DNA of 64,000 nucleotides from Escherichia coli (GTDB lineage Bacteria; Pseudomonadota; Gammaproteobacteria; Enterobacterales; Enterobacteriaceae): NCBI RefSeq assembly GCF_002854065.1, contig NZ_CP024147.1; one strand, 5' to 3'. Shown piece by piece: positions 9,329 to 22,547 of this stretch (position 1 is its first letter; each line of letters starts with the position of its first letter). The notes under the pieces were generated by a model. It saw only the letters and a program-made list of their open reading frames with translations, ran no database searches and was not told where the DNA came from. The position numbers and the translations under genes were made by a program.

Positions 9329-11623
9329 TCAGAGCGCCTGGGTAAAGGTACGTGAAATAACATCCTGCTGCTGTTCACGGGTCAGTGCGTTGAAGCGCAC
9401 GGCGTAGCCAGAGACACGGATTGTCAGGTTAGGATATTTTTCCGGGTGCTCGATGGCATCCAGCAGCATTTCCCGATTCATTACGTTGACGTTGAGGTGT
9501 TGACCGCCTTCGACATCCGCTTCGTGGTGGAAATACCCATCCAGCAGGCCGACAAGGTTGGTTTTACGTACTGGATCTTCTTTGCCCAGCGCCGCAGGGA
9601 CGATTGAGAAGGTGTACGAGATCCCGTCTTTAGCGTAGGTGAACGGCAGTTTCGCCACCGACGTCAATGAGGCCACGGCACCTTTGCGGTCACGACCATG
9701 CATCGGGTTAGCGCCCGGCGCGAACGGTGTTCCGGCGCGACGACCGTCCGGCGTATTACCGGTTTTCTGGCCGTACACCACGTTAGAAGTGATAGTCAGA
9801 ATCGACTGGGTAGGGACGGCGTTGCGATAGGTTGGCAGCGCTTTAATTTTCTTCATAAAACGTTCAACCAGGTCGCAGGCAATGCTGTCTACGCGCTCGT
9901 CGTTGTTGCCGTACTGCGGATATTCACCGTCGATTTCAAAGTCCACCGCCAGGCCGTTTTCGTCACGGATTGGTTTCACGCGGGCATATTTGATCGCAGA
10001 CAGGGAGTCCGTTGCCACCGACAGGCCCGCGATGCCGCACGCCATGGTGCGATAGACATCACGATCGTGCAGCGCCATCAGCGAAGCTTCGTAGCTGTAC
10101 TTGTCGTGCATGTAGTGAATGATATTCAGCGCGCTGATGTACTGCACCGCCAGCCAGTCCATGAAGTGATCGAGGCTGTCCATCACTTTGTCGTAATCCA
10201 GCACATCGTCCATCAACGGTGCTGTTTTCGGCCCGACCTGAATCTTCAGCTTCTCGTCCACCCCGCCGTTAATTGCGTACAGCAGCGTTTTCGCCAGGTT
10301 AGCGCGTGCACCAAAGAACTGCATTTGCTTACCAATCACCATTGGGCTGACGCAGCAGGCAATCGCGTAATCGTCGCTGTTGAAGTCAGTACGCATCAGA
10401 TCGTCGTTTTCATACTGCAAGGAAGAGGTGACGATCGACACCTGCGCGGCATATTTTTTGAAGGCAATCGGTAATTCTTCCGACCAAAGAATGGTCAGGT
10501 TAGGTTCCGGTGCCGGCCCCATAGTGTGCAGGGTGTGCAAATAGCGGAAGGAGTTTTTGGTCACCAGCGTACGACCGTCCAGCCCCATCCCGCCGATCAC
10601 TTCCGTCGCCCAGATTGGGTCGCCGGAGAACAGCGAATCAAATTCCGGCGTACGCAAGAAGCGCACCATACGGATCTTCATGATGAAGTGATCGATCAGT
10701 TCCTGTGCCTGCTGCTCATTGAGTACGCCAGCTTTAAAGTCGCGCTCAATGTAGATATCGAGGAACGATGCCGTGCGCCCCAGCGACATCGCGCCGCCAT
10801 TTTGCGATTTCACTGCCGCCAGATAAGCGAAGTAGAGCCACTGCACCGCTTCCTGTGCATTCTGCGCCGGGCGAGAGATATCAAAGCCATATTTCGCCGC
10901 CATTTCCTGAATCTGCAACAGCGCATGACGATGCTCTGCCAGCTCCTCACGCAGACGGATGGTGGCTTCCAGATCCTCGCCTTTTTCCAGACGAGACTGG
11001 AGATCGGCAAATTGCAGTTCGCGTTCACGCACCAGATAACGAATGCCATACAGCGCTACGCGGCGATAGTCACCGATAATGCGCCCACGGCCATAGCCAT
11101 CTGGTAAACCGGTCAGCACGCCAGATTTACGGCAGCGCAGCATATCCGGTGAGTAAACATCAAATACGCCCTGGTTATGGGTTTTACGCAGATCGGTAAA
11201 CAGATATTCAAATTCACTGTCCATCTCACGACCATAGGCGTGGAATGAACTTTTAATCATATTAATGCCACCGAACGGGTGTAACGCACGTTTCAACGGC
11301 GCATCCGTTTGCAGGCCAACAATTTTTTCCAGCGGCTGGTTAATATATCCCGCATCATGAGCGGTAATTGTGGTGGCAATATTGGTATCGAAATCAACCG
11401 GCGCGTGGGTTGCGTTTTCGATACGGATGCCTTCCATTACTTTTTCCCACAATTCCGTGGTGGCAGGCGTCGCTTCGGCGAGAAAAGATTCATCGCCTTC
11501 ATAAGGTGTATAGTTATGTTGAATAAAATCGCGGACATTAATTTCGCTTTTCCAGTCCGTACCTTTAAAGCCAAGCCATGCGTCGGCGTACAGCTTATCG
11601 CTGGTATCAATATCTACCTTCAT
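9329..11623 (-). CDS. tdcE: 2-ketobutyrate/pyruvate formate-lyase (glycyl radical enzyme)
   Basis: 764-aa ORF; C-terminal glycyl-radical motif ...RVSGYAVRF... Confidence 0.95.
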   Translation of the reverse strand: MKVDIDTSDKLYADAWLGFKGTDWKSEINVRDFIQHNYTPYEGDESFLAEATPATTELWEKVMEGIRIENATHAPVDFDTNIATTITAHDAGYINQPLEKIVGLQTDAPLKRALHPFGGINMIKSSFHAYGREMDSEFEYLFTDLRKTHNQGVFDVYSPDMLRCRKSGVLTGLPDGYGRGRIIGDYRRVALYGIRYLVRERELQFADLQSRLEKGEDLEATIRLREELAEHRHALLQIQEMAAKYGFDISRPAQNAQEAVQWLYFAYLAAVKSQNGGAMSLGRTASFLDIYIERDFKAGVLNEQQAQELIDHFIMKIRMVRFLRTPEFDSLFSGDPIWATEVIGGMGLDGRTLVTKNSFRYLHTLHTMGPAPEPNLTILWSEELPIAFKKYAAQVSIVTSSLQYENDDLMRTDFNSDDYAIACCVSPMVIGKQMQFFGARANLAKTLLYAINGGVDEKLKIQVGPKTAPLMDDVLDYDKVMDSLDHFMDWLAVQYISALNIIHYMHDKYSYEASLMALHDRDVYRTMACGIAGLSVATDSLSAIKYARVKPIRDENGLAVDFEIDGEYPQYGNNDERVDSIACDLVERFMKKIKALPTYRNAVPTQSILTITSNVVYGQKTGNTPDGRRAGTPFAPGANPMHGRDRKGAVASLTSVAKLPFTYAKDGISYTFSIVPAALGKEDPVRKTNLVGLLDGYFHHEADVEGGQHLNVNVMNREMLLDAIEHPEKYPNLTIRVSGYAVRFNALTREQQQDVISRTFTQAL

Positions 11624-11656
11624 GAAAAATAATCTCTCTACAATACTTCAACTAAA

Positions 11657-12865
11657 TTATGCAAATTCTGCGGGCGCGTTAACTTTACCTAAATGAATGG
11701 CATCCAAAGCAATCATTTTTTCTTCGTTAGTCGGAATAACGGCGCAAATGACATGCGCATTTTCACTGGAAACAATTCGCTCGCCAAAAGAGTTAGATCG
11801 ATTATTCATTTCTGTATCAATCTCTACGCCTAATACAGCCAAATGTTCCATGACCAGACGACGAATTAAACTTGAATTCTCTCCTATTCCGCCGGTGAAT
11901 ATAATTCCATCCAGCCGACGTAATGAAGCTGCGTGTCCGGCAATATGACGGGCAATTCGGTGAACAAAGGTTTTAATTGCCAGTTGCGCGCGTTCGTGAC
12001 CTTCATGCCAGGCTTTTTCCAGAACACGTAAATCCGAAGAAAGACCGGAAATACCTAATAATCCCGACTCTTTATTCACTACGCGTTCCAGGTCACCCAG
12101 GCTCTGGTTGGTTTGGCTGGCGACCCAGGACATCGCACCAAAGTCGACATCGCCACTGCGGGTACCCATCATCAAGCCTTCCAGCGGCGTCATTCCCATT
12201 GAGGTGTCAACACTCTGACCGTTGCGAACTGCGCAGATTGACGCGCCATTGCCAAGATGCGCCACAACCAGGCCGGAGTCATCTTCCGCCAGATTCAGCA
12301 AAGAATGTGCGCGCTGGGAAACATAGCGGTGCGACGTGCCGTGGAAACCATAACGGCGTACACCTAACTCTTCATAATATTTCCACGGCAGGCCGTATAA
12401 ATAAGCTTCCGGAGCCATCGTCTGGTGGAAACTGGTATCAAATACCGCCACCTGAGTTACGCCCGGGAATAGTTGCTGCGCCGATTCAATACCACTTAAA
12501 TTGGCGTAATTATGCAGGGGTGCCAGTGGAGAAACGCGACGGATATTATCAATGACTTCATCGGTAATAATGGCGGACTCGGTAAAAATACTGCCGCCGT
12601 GAGCGATGCGGTGGCCAATTAAGGCCACACTGTCATTTAAATTCCGTTTTTCCAGCTCAAATGCAATTGCCTTCAATGCACCTTCGTAGCTGTGGTGAGC
12701 CAGCGGTGCTGGCTCTCCCCCATTTACGGATAAGAATGCATTTTCCGAGTTAATACCGTCGGCAATACCTGACATTAATACTTCACAGTCGCTGGCATCG
12801 AGTACGGAAAACTTAATCGAAGACGAACCACAGTTAATAACCAAAACAACCGGAAATTCATTCAT
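11657..12865 (-). CDS. tdcD: Propionate/acetate kinase
   Basis: Track ORF extends to 12877; start set to ATG at 12865 ([19 protein letters not shown]) giving 402 aa. Confidence 0.92.
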   Translation of the reverse strand: MNEFPVVLVINCGSSSIKFSVLDASDCEVLMSGIADGINSENAFLSVNGGEPAPLAHHSYEGALKAIAFELEKRNLNDSVALIGHRIAHGGSIFTESAIITDEVIDNIRRVSPLAPLHNYANLSGIESAQQLFPGVTQVAVFDTSFHQTMAPEAYLYGLPWKYYEELGVRRYGFHGTSHRYVSQRAHSLLNLAEDDSGLVVAHLGNGASICAVRNGQSVDTSMGMTPLEGLMMGTRSGDVDFGAMSWVASQTNQSLGDLERVVNKESGLLGISGLSSDLRVLEKAWHEGHERAQLAIKTFVHRIARHIAGHAASLRRLDGIIFTGGIGENSSLIRRLVMEHLAVLGVEIDTEMNNRSNSFGERIVSSENAHVICAVIPTNEEKMIALDAIHLGKVNAPAEFA

Positions 12866-12890
12866 CTCTTTTCTCATCCTGAGTTACGGA

Positions 12891-14225
<1,335 letters not shown>

Positions 14226-14243
14226 CTATCCTCAACGAATTAA

Positions 14244-15233
14244 TTAAGCGTCAACGAAACCGGTGATTTGAGAGACGCGAGAAAGATCGATATTGCCGCC
14301 GGAAATAATACTGACGGTTTTTCTGTTTTGAATATATTGGTCTAATTTACCGCTTAATAATGCAGCACATGCCAGAGCGCCTGCGCCTTCGGTGACGACT
14401 TTATTGCGCTGAATTAAGGCAATCATACTGTTTCTGATTTCGTCTTCGCTGACCAGCACGATGTCATCGACTAATTCACGAACGATTTCGTAAGTTAAAT
14501 TACCCGGGCGGGAGACATCACAACCATCCGCCAGGGTGCCGGTAGTTCGGTGCGTGGTTATTTCTCCGGAGTGGAAAGAAGCCGCCATGCCGTGAACGTT
14601 TTCAGACTGTACGCCAATAACACGAATGGTCGGGTTAATAGATTTAATTGCCACCGCAATACCAGCAATTAAACCGCCACCACCAATTGGCACAATCACG
14701 TTATCGACATCATAGAGATCTTCCATAATTTCCAGACCAATCGTTCCCTGGCCAGCAATCACTTTCGGATCATCGTAAGGTGGGATAAAAATACGGCCTT
14801 CCATTTCGACAATTTCGCTCACTTTAGCGATAGTGTCGTTGAAGTTATCACCATGCAGAACGACTTCTGCGGAGTAGTCGCACGTTGCCGCTACTTTGGA
14901 TTTTGGCGCACCTTTTGGCATCACCACTTTACCGTCGATACCCAGCATCGCGCAGGAGAGGGAAACCCCTTGCGCATGGTTGCCCGCAGAACAGGCCACC
15001 ACGCCTTTGCGTTTTTCCGCATCGGTCAGTGAACTTAATTTATTAAATGCGCCACGAATTTTAAATGAACCCGTACGCTGCATATTTTCAAACTTCAGGA
15101 ATATTTCACCTTTGCAACGTTCACTAAAATAGTTGGAGCGAGGCATGCCTGTTTTATAAATTCGCCCAGCCAGTCGTTGTTTCGCTTCAATAATGTCATC
15201 AATAGCAACCGGCAGATCGTATGTAATATGCAT
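14244..15233 (-). CDS. tdcB: Catabolic threonine dehydratase (PLP-dependent)
   Basis: 329-aa ORF with PLP-lysine motif SFKIRGA. Confidence 0.95.
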
Positions 15234-15331
15234 TATAAAACCTCTTCGCCTGAATTAAATATGTAGGTAACCGTAACCGACACCTGCAAGACAGACAGGT
15301 GGATTATTTATGTTTAAATAAAAACAAATAA

Positions 15332-16270
15332 CTAACCAACTTCTATTAATTGCCTTCGTCTACACCCATTATAAGATGAATACTCTTTGGCTAATTCCAC
15401 CAAAACCGATGCTGCTTTTTTAATACGATAATTTTTCGACCATACCGCGGCATATTGTGCCACAGGTAATGTTTCTTCAACCGGAATAGTAATAAATTGA
15501 TTAGAACCAAAAGGTGACGTCATATCACAAGGAATTACAGTTAAGAAATCAGCATTGAGAACAAGATTATAAATTGTCACGACTGAGTCGGTTTTAACGA
15601 TGTTTTCAATACTGATGCCATTTCTTTGTAACGTAGTAAGCAGTTCGCTGTAGTACCCCATATTAGTTTGTGGCAACACCCACTGTTCGTTCTTCAACGA
15701 CTCCAGCGTGGTGGTGCCGGTGCATGTTCGGGACTTACTGGCTACCAGCACAAACTCGGACTCGAACAGCGGCTCAACATGTAAATCCTGAAGCTTCATT
15801 TCTGCACTTAACGTACCAATCGCAAAATCCAGTCGACCGTCGCGGATTGCCGGTAAGAACGAAGACAGTTGCGCTTCATACATAGAAACCTGCGCTTTCG
15901 GGAACACCTCTTTGAACTTGTTGATCATCCCTGACATAAAAGTAAAACCAATCAATGAAGGAAAACCAAATGAGACTTCCACCACCGCCTCAGAAGACAT
16001 ACCGCTTATCTCATTAACCATATTTTTCATTTCACGGGTAATGGATTCGGAACGGGAGAGTAACAATTGACCGGCAGGTGTTAATGTTACACCGGTATTT
16101 TTCCGCACCACTAATTCCACACCAAAATAATCTTCAATATCGTTAATGATTTTACTGACGGCCGGTTGAGTTAACCCTAATTCTTTTGCAGCCGAGCCGA
16201 TAGAACCACTTCTAATGACTTCCTGAAAGACTACCAGGTGCTGCGTTTTCGGAAGAAGAATAGTGCTCAT
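15332..16270 (-). CDS. tdcA: LysR-family activator of the tdc operon
   Basis: 312-aa ORF with N-terminal helix-turn-helix; first gene of the operon. Confidence 0.93.
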   Translation of the reverse strand: MSTILLPKTQHLVVFQEVIRSGSIGSAAKELGLTQPAVSKIINDIEDYFGVELVVRKNTGVTLTPAGQLLLSRSESITREMKNMVNEISGMSSEAVVEVSFGFPSLIGFTFMSGMINKFKEVFPKAQVSMYEAQLSSFLPAIRDGRLDFAIGTLSAEMKLQDLHVEPLFESEFVLVASKSRTCTGTTTLESLKNEQWVLPQTNMGYYSELLTTLQRNGISIENIVKTDSVVTIYNLVLNADFLTVIPCDMTSPFGSNQFITIPVEETLPVAQYAAVWSKNYRIKKAASVLVELAKEYSSYNGCRRRQLIEVG

Positions 16271-16584
16271 AACGACCTACGTTAATTACCTCATTGACGG
16301 CATGAAGTGTATCAAAATGAAATGAACAGGATATGTGCGACCACTCACAAATTAACTTTCAATACTTTCCAGGGTATCGTCATGTCAATTAAATACCTTT
16401 AAATATCAATAGGTTAAAGTATAAAAATCAGCATAAACCCTGATTTTTGTCAAAAAAAATGACGGGGATAACCATATTTTATGGCGATAACATCATTCGT
16501 TATGTGGTTAATACAAAAAAGGGGCTGAGACCATATTTCAAGCAATTACCGGATAATTACCAGGCAAAATTTGAGTTAAATTTA
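16271..16584. promoter_or_regulatory. tdcA-tdcR divergent control region
   Basis: AT-rich intergenic region between divergent tdcA and tdcR; the tdc promoter with CRP/IHF control is placed here by established knowledge; individual sites not resolved by eye. Confidence 0.4.
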
Positions 16585-16803
16585 ATGAGCAAGTTCTCAA
16601 ATTTTATTATAAATAAACCATTTTCAGCGATAAATAATGTGGCACGTCACATTTTTTCACGCTATTTGTTGGAGAACAAACATTTATTTTATCAATATTT
16701 TAAAATTTCGAATACAGGTATTGATCATCTCGAACAATTGATTAACGTCAACTTTTTCTCTTCTGACAGGACGTCATTTTGTGAATGCAATCGTTTTCCA
16801 TAA
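16585..16803 (+). CDS. tdcR: Putative tdc operon regulator
   Basis: Track ORF 16447..16803 (118 aa); the shorter 72-aa form from ATG 16585 (MSKFSNFIINKPF...) fits the length I recall; start uncertain. Confidence 0.65.
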   Translation: MSKFSNFIINKPFSAINNVARHIFSRYLLENKHLFYQYFKISNTGIDHLEQLINVNFFSSDRTSFCECNRFP

Positions 16804-17058
16804 ATTCTTCTCCCCTCATAGGCGACGAATAGCATTTTGTGTTGAGGATCACAAAACGAATAATTGCTGATCGCCGCGATAAGGTCAGACAAAGACAACA
16901 AGAGAAATTTTCACAGAGCTTTTGATCGGCGTAGGCCACAGAATGTTGCTTCGTTTACTGTAACGCCGGGTAAATGAGCGTTTTTTGATAGTGCGAAAGA
17001 ACCCTGCGAGGAAAATAAGCATCTATTATTGTTTGTCATGATGACAAGGCAGGCATCA

Positions 17059-17598
17059 ATGAAAGGCTTCCCAATTGCACATATTTTTCACCCTTCAATC
17101 CCGCCAATGCACGCAGTGGTTAACAATCACAATAGAAATATTGATTATTGGACGGTAAAAAGAAAGTTTGCAGAAATTGTCTCCACCAATGACGTTAATA
17201 AAATATACAGTATAAGTAATGAACTGCGGAGAGTATTATCTGCAATTACTGCATTGAATTTCTATCAAGGCGATGTTCCTTCTGTCATGATCCGAATCCA
17301 ACCAGAAAATATGAGTCCATTCATCATAGATATTTCTACAGGAGAACATGACGATTATATCATACAAACATTAGATGTAGGCACTTTTGCACCTTTTGGC
17401 GAAAAATGTACTTGCTCAGCCGTCAATAAAAAAGAGCTGGAATGTATTAAGGAGACGATTTCTAAGTATTGTGCAAAATTCACCCGAAAAGAAGCCATCT
17501 TGACACCCCCTGCGTACTTTAATAAAACCAGCATTACTTCAGATTGTTGGCAAATTCTCTTTTTTTCACCCGATCATTTTAATAATGATTTTTATTGA
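17059..17598 (+). CDS. yhaB: Uncharacterized protein
   Basis: Track ORF 17029..17598; start set to ATG 17059 (MKGFPIAH...) giving 179 aa; AT-rich coding sequence. Confidence 0.75.
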   Translation: MKGFPIAHIFHPSIPPMHAVVNNHNRNIDYWTVKRKFAEIVSTNDVNKIYSISNELRRVLSAITALNFYQGDVPSVMIRIQPENMSPFIIDISTGEHDDYIIQTLDVGTFAPFGEKCTCSAVNKKELECIKETISKYCAKFTRKEAILTPPAYFNKTSITSDCWQILFFSPDHFNNDFY

Positions 17599-17619
17599 TT
17601 ATTTATAAAGGATAAAATA

Positions 17620-18807
17620 ATGTTCCCTGTTTCATCAATTGGTAATGAATTTAGTAGTGATTTAATCCGTCGAAAAATGAATGACCTTCCTGAAAGCCCA
17701 ACAGGAAATAACCTCGAAGCACTAGCACCAGGTATAGAAAAACTAAAACAGACCTCTATTGAAATGGTCACTTTACTTAACGCGTTACAACCAGGTGGGA
17801 AATGTGTTATCACTGGTGATTTTCAAAAAGATTTAGCGTACTTACAAAATGTAATTCTTTATAATGATTCGTCTCTTCGTATGGATTTTTTTGGTTATAA
17901 CGCCCGAATTATTCAACGATCAGACAATACCTGCGAACTTACAATTAATGAACCGTTAAAAAACCAGGAAATATCCACAGGCAATATCAATGTTAATTGT
18001 CCATTGAAAGATATTTACAATGAAATCAGGAGGTTAAACGTAGTTTTTAGTTGTGGAACTGGAGGTATAGTTGATCTATCCTCTCTGGACTTACGGAATG
18101 TCGATTTAGAACTTTATGATTTTACAGATAAACATATGGCCAATGCAATTTTAAATCCTTTTAAATTGGATGACACAGATTTTACTAATGCCAACATGTT
18201 TCAGGTAAATTTCGTTAGTTCAAAACAAAACACCACAATCTCCTGGGATTATTTACTAAAAATAACGCCTGTTCTAACAAGCATTAGCGATATGTATTCT
18301 GAAGAAAAAATTAAGCTTGTCGAAAGTTGTTTAAATGAGCTTGGAGATATTACCGAAGAACAATTAAAAATCATGAGATTTGCAATTATAGAATCTATAC
18401 CAAGAGCAACTCTAACAGATCAATTAGAAAATGAATTAACAAAAGAAATATATAAAAGCTCATCGAAAATTAACAATTACTTGAACAGAATTAAATTACC
18501 AGAGATGAAAGGATTCTCATCAGAAAAAATAGATTATTACATCGATATAATCATTAAAGATTATGAAAGCGTCAAAGAAAATACTTATCTTATCGATCCA
18601 AAAATTAATTACAATACAGATTTAAACATAGAGGATTCTAGCTCAGAGGAATTCCTTTCAGATAATACACTCGAGAAAGACGAAAATTCTCCTGACAATT
18701 GCTTTGAGGTTGTAAAATATAACACATATGAAGCATATAACTCAGAGAAACAATATTTTACCAGAGAGGACTATACGTATGATTACGACCTTTTAAATGC
18801 AATATAG
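17620..18807 (+). CDS. yhaC: Uncharacterized protein, AT-rich
   Basis: 395-aa ORF with atypical composition (many N, K, I, D, Y) and a central region that looks loosely repeat-like. Confidence 0.8.
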   Translation: MFPVSSIGNEFSSDLIRRKMNDLPESPTGNNLEALAPGIEKLKQTSIEMVTLLNALQPGGKCVITGDFQKDLAYLQNVILYNDSSLRMDFFGYNARIIQRSDNTCELTINEPLKNQEISTGNINVNCPLKDIYNEIRRLNVVFSCGTGGIVDLSSLDLRNVDLELYDFTDKHMANAILNPFKLDDTDFTNANMFQVNFVSSKQNTTISWDYLLKITPVLTSISDMYSEEKIKLVESCLNELGDITEEQLKIMRFAIIESIPRATLTDQLENELTKEIYKSSSKINNYLNRIKLPEMKGFSSEKIDYYIDIIIKDYESVKENTYLIDPKINYNTDLNIEDSSSEEFLSDNTLEKDENSPDNCFEVVKYNTYEAYNSEKQYFTREDYTYDYDLLNAI

Positions 18808-18920
18808 ACTTAATAACTTCTTACAAAGTCTATTATTAATACCGTAGATATTCATCTTACCCTGTGCACCAAAAGCAAAAACTTATCGACGCGGGTTTGA
18901 AACTGATGGCAACCGCAAAA

Positions 18921-19023
18921 ATGCCTGATGCGCTACGCTTATCAGGCCTACGCCATCTCTGCAATATATTGAATTTGCGTGCTTTTGTAGGCAGGATAAG
19001 GCGTTCACGCCGCATCCGGCATG
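18921..19023. repeat. REP elements (BIME-like)
   Basis: ATGCCTGATGCGCTACGCTTATCAGGCCTAC and GTAGGCAGGATAAGGCGTTCACGCCGCATCCGGCATG in opposite orientations. Confidence 0.65.
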
Positions 19024-19190
19024 AATAAAGCGCACTCAACAGTCTGAAACCCGCCGGAACGGTTTATTACGTACATCAGGTGAAACTGACCGATAAGCCG
19101 CTTTCTTTTGGGTCTAGCGTCGTGGACAGTCATTCATCTTTCCGCCCCTCCAAAAGCAAAAACCCGCCGAAGCGGGTTTTTACGTAAATC

Positions 19191-19567
<377 letters not shown>

Positions 19568-19573
19568 GGCGCG

Positions 19574-19603
19574 CAGTATAGAGGGTTTGCGCGCCCTTGT
19601 CAC
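19574..19603 (-). promoter_or_regulatory. rnpB promoter
   Basis: On the minus strand GTGACA (-35), a 17-bp spacer, then TATACT (-10) followed by a GC-rich discriminator 8 bp upstream of the M1 RNA 5-prime end; the -35 overlaps the garK stop codon. Confidence 0.55.
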
Positions 19604-20745
19604 CCCGCGTTGCGCATTCCAATCGCCAGTGTCGCGGCGATATTACGTGAAGCACGGCAGATATTGTCATAAGCCCCGCGAAATGCTTCCTCCAACGTAC
19701 CTATGCTGGACAATACGCTGAAGACCGCATCAATGCCATGCTGATGTACAACGCCAACATCATCGGTCAGGCTACCCGCAATGCCAATCACCGGTTTATG
19801 GTACTTCTTCGCCACGTTTGCGACGCCAATCGGTACCTTGCCGTGAATACTCTGGCTGTCAATACGCCCTTCACCGGTGATCACCAGCGTACAATCGTGA
19901 ATATGTTCCTCCAGATTCAGTGCCGTAGTGACGATTTCAATACCACTTTTCAGTTCCGCACCAAGAAACGCCATTAGCGCCGCGCCCATACCACCCGCAG
20001 CTCCTGCGCCGGGGACATCTTTCACATCAACATGCAGCGCTTTTTTAATGACCTCGGCATAGTGAGAGAGGTTATTGTCCAGCTCAACAATCATCGCTTC
20101 ACTGGCTCCCTTTTGTGGGCCAAAGATGCGCGATGCGCCGTTATCGCCCACCAGCGGATTGGTGACATCACAAGCGACGCGAATGACGCAATCTTTTAAG
20201 CGCGGATCGAGGCCGGAAATATCAATATCATTCAGAGTATTAAGACTACCGCCGCCAAAACCAATTTCATTGCCGTTGGCGTCGCATAATTTCGCCCCCA
20301 GCGCCTGTACCATGCCTGCGCCGCCATCATTTGTAGCGCTGCCGCCAATGCCGATAATAATGTTTGTCGCGCCGCTCTCTAGCGCCTGCAGGATTAACTC
20401 GCCTGTGCCGCGTGAAGTGGTCACGAGTGGATCGCGTTTTTCCGCAGGTACCAGCTCCAGCCCACTGGCCGCCGCCATTTCAATAAACGCGGTTTTGCCA
20501 TCGCCGGAGATCCCCCAACTGGCATTCACTTTCTCGCCCAGCGGCCCTGTAACCCAGGCGTGACGTTCGGAACCCTGGGTGGCTGCAATCATCGCTTCCA
20601 CCGTTCCTTCGCCACCGTCGGCAACCGGAACAGAAACGTACTGTGCATCAGGAAAAATTTCCCGAAATCCTTTTTCTATCGCCTGCGCAACCTCGCTGGC
20701 AGATAAACTTTCTTTATAAGAGTCTGGGGCGATTACGATTTTCAT
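19600..20745 (-). CDS. garK: Glycerate 2-kinase
   Basis: Track ORF extends to 20826; start set to ATG 20745 (MKIVIAPDSYKESL) giving 381 aa. Confidence 0.92.
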   Translation of the reverse strand: MKIVIAPDSYKESLSASEVAQAIEKGFREIFPDAQYVSVPVADGGEGTVEAMIAATQGSERHAWVTGPLGEKVNASWGISGDGKTAFIEMAAASGLELVPAEKRDPLVTTSRGTGELILQALESGATNIIIGIGGSATNDGGAGMVQALGAKLCDANGNEIGFGGGSLNTLNDIDISGLDPRLKDCVIRVACDVTNPLVGDNGASRIFGPQKGASEAMIVELDNNLSHYAEVIKKALHVDVKDVPGAGAAGGMGAALMAFLGAELKSGIEIVTTALNLEEHIHDCTLVITGEGRIDSQSIHGKVPIGVANVAKKYHKPVIGIAGSLTDDVGVVHQHGIDAVFSVLSSIGTLEEAFRGAYDNICRASRNIAATLAIGMRNAG

Positions 20746-20751
20746 ACCTAT

Positions 20752-20838
20752 GCCTGTTACCACATGACGCCGGAGGGCGTTTCTCTTATTCGGCCTGGAT
20801 TCCAGGCCCGGATTGCAATACGCCATCCGGGCACGACG
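20752..20838. repeat. Degenerate REP-like palindromic element between garK and garR
   Basis: GCCGGAGGGCGTTTCTCTTATTCGGCCTGG ... GGCCCGGATTGCAATACGCCATCCGGGC, imperfect REP-like inverted repeats. Confidence 0.4.
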
Positions 20839-20841
20839 TCA

Positions 20842-21732
20842 TTAACGAGTAACTTCGACTTTCGCCAGTTTTTCGTAGTAGCACGCCAGGGCGCTATGAT
20901 CCGCCGTTCCTAAACCATCTGCACGCAGTGCCTGCATCATCTCCATAACCGCAGCTGTGAGCGGCAGTTGCGCGCCGACGCCGTGAGAAGTATCCAGCGC
21001 ATTCGCCAGATCCTTAATATGCAGATCAATACGGAAGCCCGGTTTGAAGTTGCGGTCCATCACCATCGGCGCTTTGGCATCCAGCACGGTACTGCCCGCC
21101 AGCCCACCGCGAATTGCCTGATAAACCAGGTCCGGGTTAACGCCCGCTTTAGTTGCCAGCGTTAACGCTTCTGACATCGCGGCAATATTCAGCGCCACAA
21201 TGACCTGATTTGCCAGTTTAGTGACGTTACCTGCACCGATTTCCCCGGTATGCACCACGGAACCCGCCATCGCTTTCATCAGATCATAGTATTTGTCGAA
21301 AATAGCCTTGTCGCCGCCCACCATCACTGACAGCGTACCGTCGATGGCTTTCGGTTCACCGCCGCTCACCGGAGCATCCAGCATATCAATGCCTTTCGCT
21401 TTCAGCGCTTCGCTGATTTCACGGCTTGCCAGCGGTGCGATAGAACTCATATCGATCAATACCGTACCTGGCTTCGCGCCTTCAATAATGCCATTCTCAC
21501 CCAGCGCCACCTCTTTCACATGAGGGGAGTTTGGCAGCATGGTTATGATGACGTCGCACTGTTCAGCGATCGCTTTAGCCGTAGACGCTGTTTCTGCACC
21601 TGCAGCAATCACGTCAGCAATAGCTTCTGGGTTACGGTCAGCAACCACCAGCGAGTAACCTGCTTTCAGAAGGTTTTTACTCATTGGTTTACCCATAATC
21701 CCCAGGCCAATAAAACCAACTTTCATAGTCAT
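20842..21732 (-). CDS. garR: Tartronate semialdehyde reductase
   Basis: Track ORF to 21741; NAD-binding motif GFIGLGIMG; start set to ATG at 21732 (MTMKVGF) on Shine-Dalgarno spacing; ATG at 21726 is an alternative. Confidence 0.9.
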   Translation of the reverse strand: MTMKVGFIGLGIMGKPMSKNLLKAGYSLVVADRNPEAIADVIAAGAETASTAKAIAEQCDVIITMLPNSPHVKEVALGENGIIEGAKPGTVLIDMSSIAPLASREISEALKAKGIDMLDAPVSGGEPKAIDGTLSVMVGGDKAIFDKYYDLMKAMAGSVVHTGEIGAGNVTKLANQVIVALNIAAMSEALTLATKAGVNPDLVYQAIRGGLAGSTVLDAKAPMVMDRNFKPGFRIDLHIKDLANALDTSHGVGAQLPLTAAVMEMMQALRADGLGTADHSALACYYEKLAKVEVTR

Positions 21733-21761
21733 ATCAATCATCTCTCTTGTTGCGGTGGTGG

Positions 21762-22532
21762 TTATTTTTTAAAGGCATCAGCCAGTTTCTGAGTGGCAGA
21801 GCGGAAGACGCCGAGATCGCTGCCGACAGCCACAAACGTCGCGCCCCATTCCAGATAACGACGCGCATCGGCTTCGACCGGCGCGAGGATACCGCTGGGT
21901 TTGCCGTGCGCGCTGGCACGGTTAAAAATGTGCTGAATTGCTTTTTGTACATCCGGGTGCGAGGCATTGCCGAGATGGCCTAATGCCGCAGCCAGATCGC
22001 TGGGGCCGACGAAGATGCCGTCTACGCCTTCGGTAGCGGCAATGGCATCGACATTATCTACGCCCTGCTGACTTTCTATCTGGACCAGAATAGTGATGTT
22101 CTTGTTCGACTGAGCGAAATAATCCGCCACGGTGCCAAACATATTGGCGCGGTGAGAAACGGAGACGCCGCGAATGCCTTCCGGTGGGTAACGCGTTGAT
22201 GCCACCGCCTGCTCTGCTTCCTCTTTTGTTTCTACAAAAGGAATCAGGAAGTTATAGAAACCGATATCCAGAAGACGCTTAATAATTACCGGCTCGTTGG
22301 TCGGCACTCGTACTACTGGCGCGCTGGCGCTGCCTTTCAGGGCCATTAACTGCGGAATAAACGTGGAGATATCGTTTGGCGCATGTTCGCCATCCAGCAC
22401 CAGCCAGTCAAACCCAGCCAAACCAAGAACTTCAGTGCTAATCGGGTTAGAGAGTGCTGACCAGCAACCAATTTGTACCTGTTTCGCAGCCAATGCGGCT
22501 TTGAATTTATTCGGGAAAACATCGTTATTCAT
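21762..22532 (-). CDS. garL: 5-keto-4-deoxy-D-glucarate aldolase
   Basis: 256-aa ORF in the conserved garPLRK arrangement. Confidence 0.93.
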   Translation of the reverse strand: MNNDVFPNKFKAALAAKQVQIGCWSALSNPISTEVLGLAGFDWLVLDGEHAPNDISTFIPQLMALKGSASAPVVRVPTNEPVIIKRLLDIGFYNFLIPFVETKEEAEQAVASTRYPPEGIRGVSVSHRANMFGTVADYFAQSNKNITILVQIESQQGVDNVDAIAATEGVDGIFVGPSDLAAALGHLGNASHPDVQKAIQHIFNRASAHGKPSGILAPVEADARRYLEWGATFVAVGSDLGVFRSATQKLADAFKK

Positions 22533-22547
22533 CGCTTATACCTTTGC

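Noticed and set aside
9698-11107. 258-aa and 193-aa plus-strand ORFs
   Set aside because: Antisense to tdcE, which fully accounts for the region.
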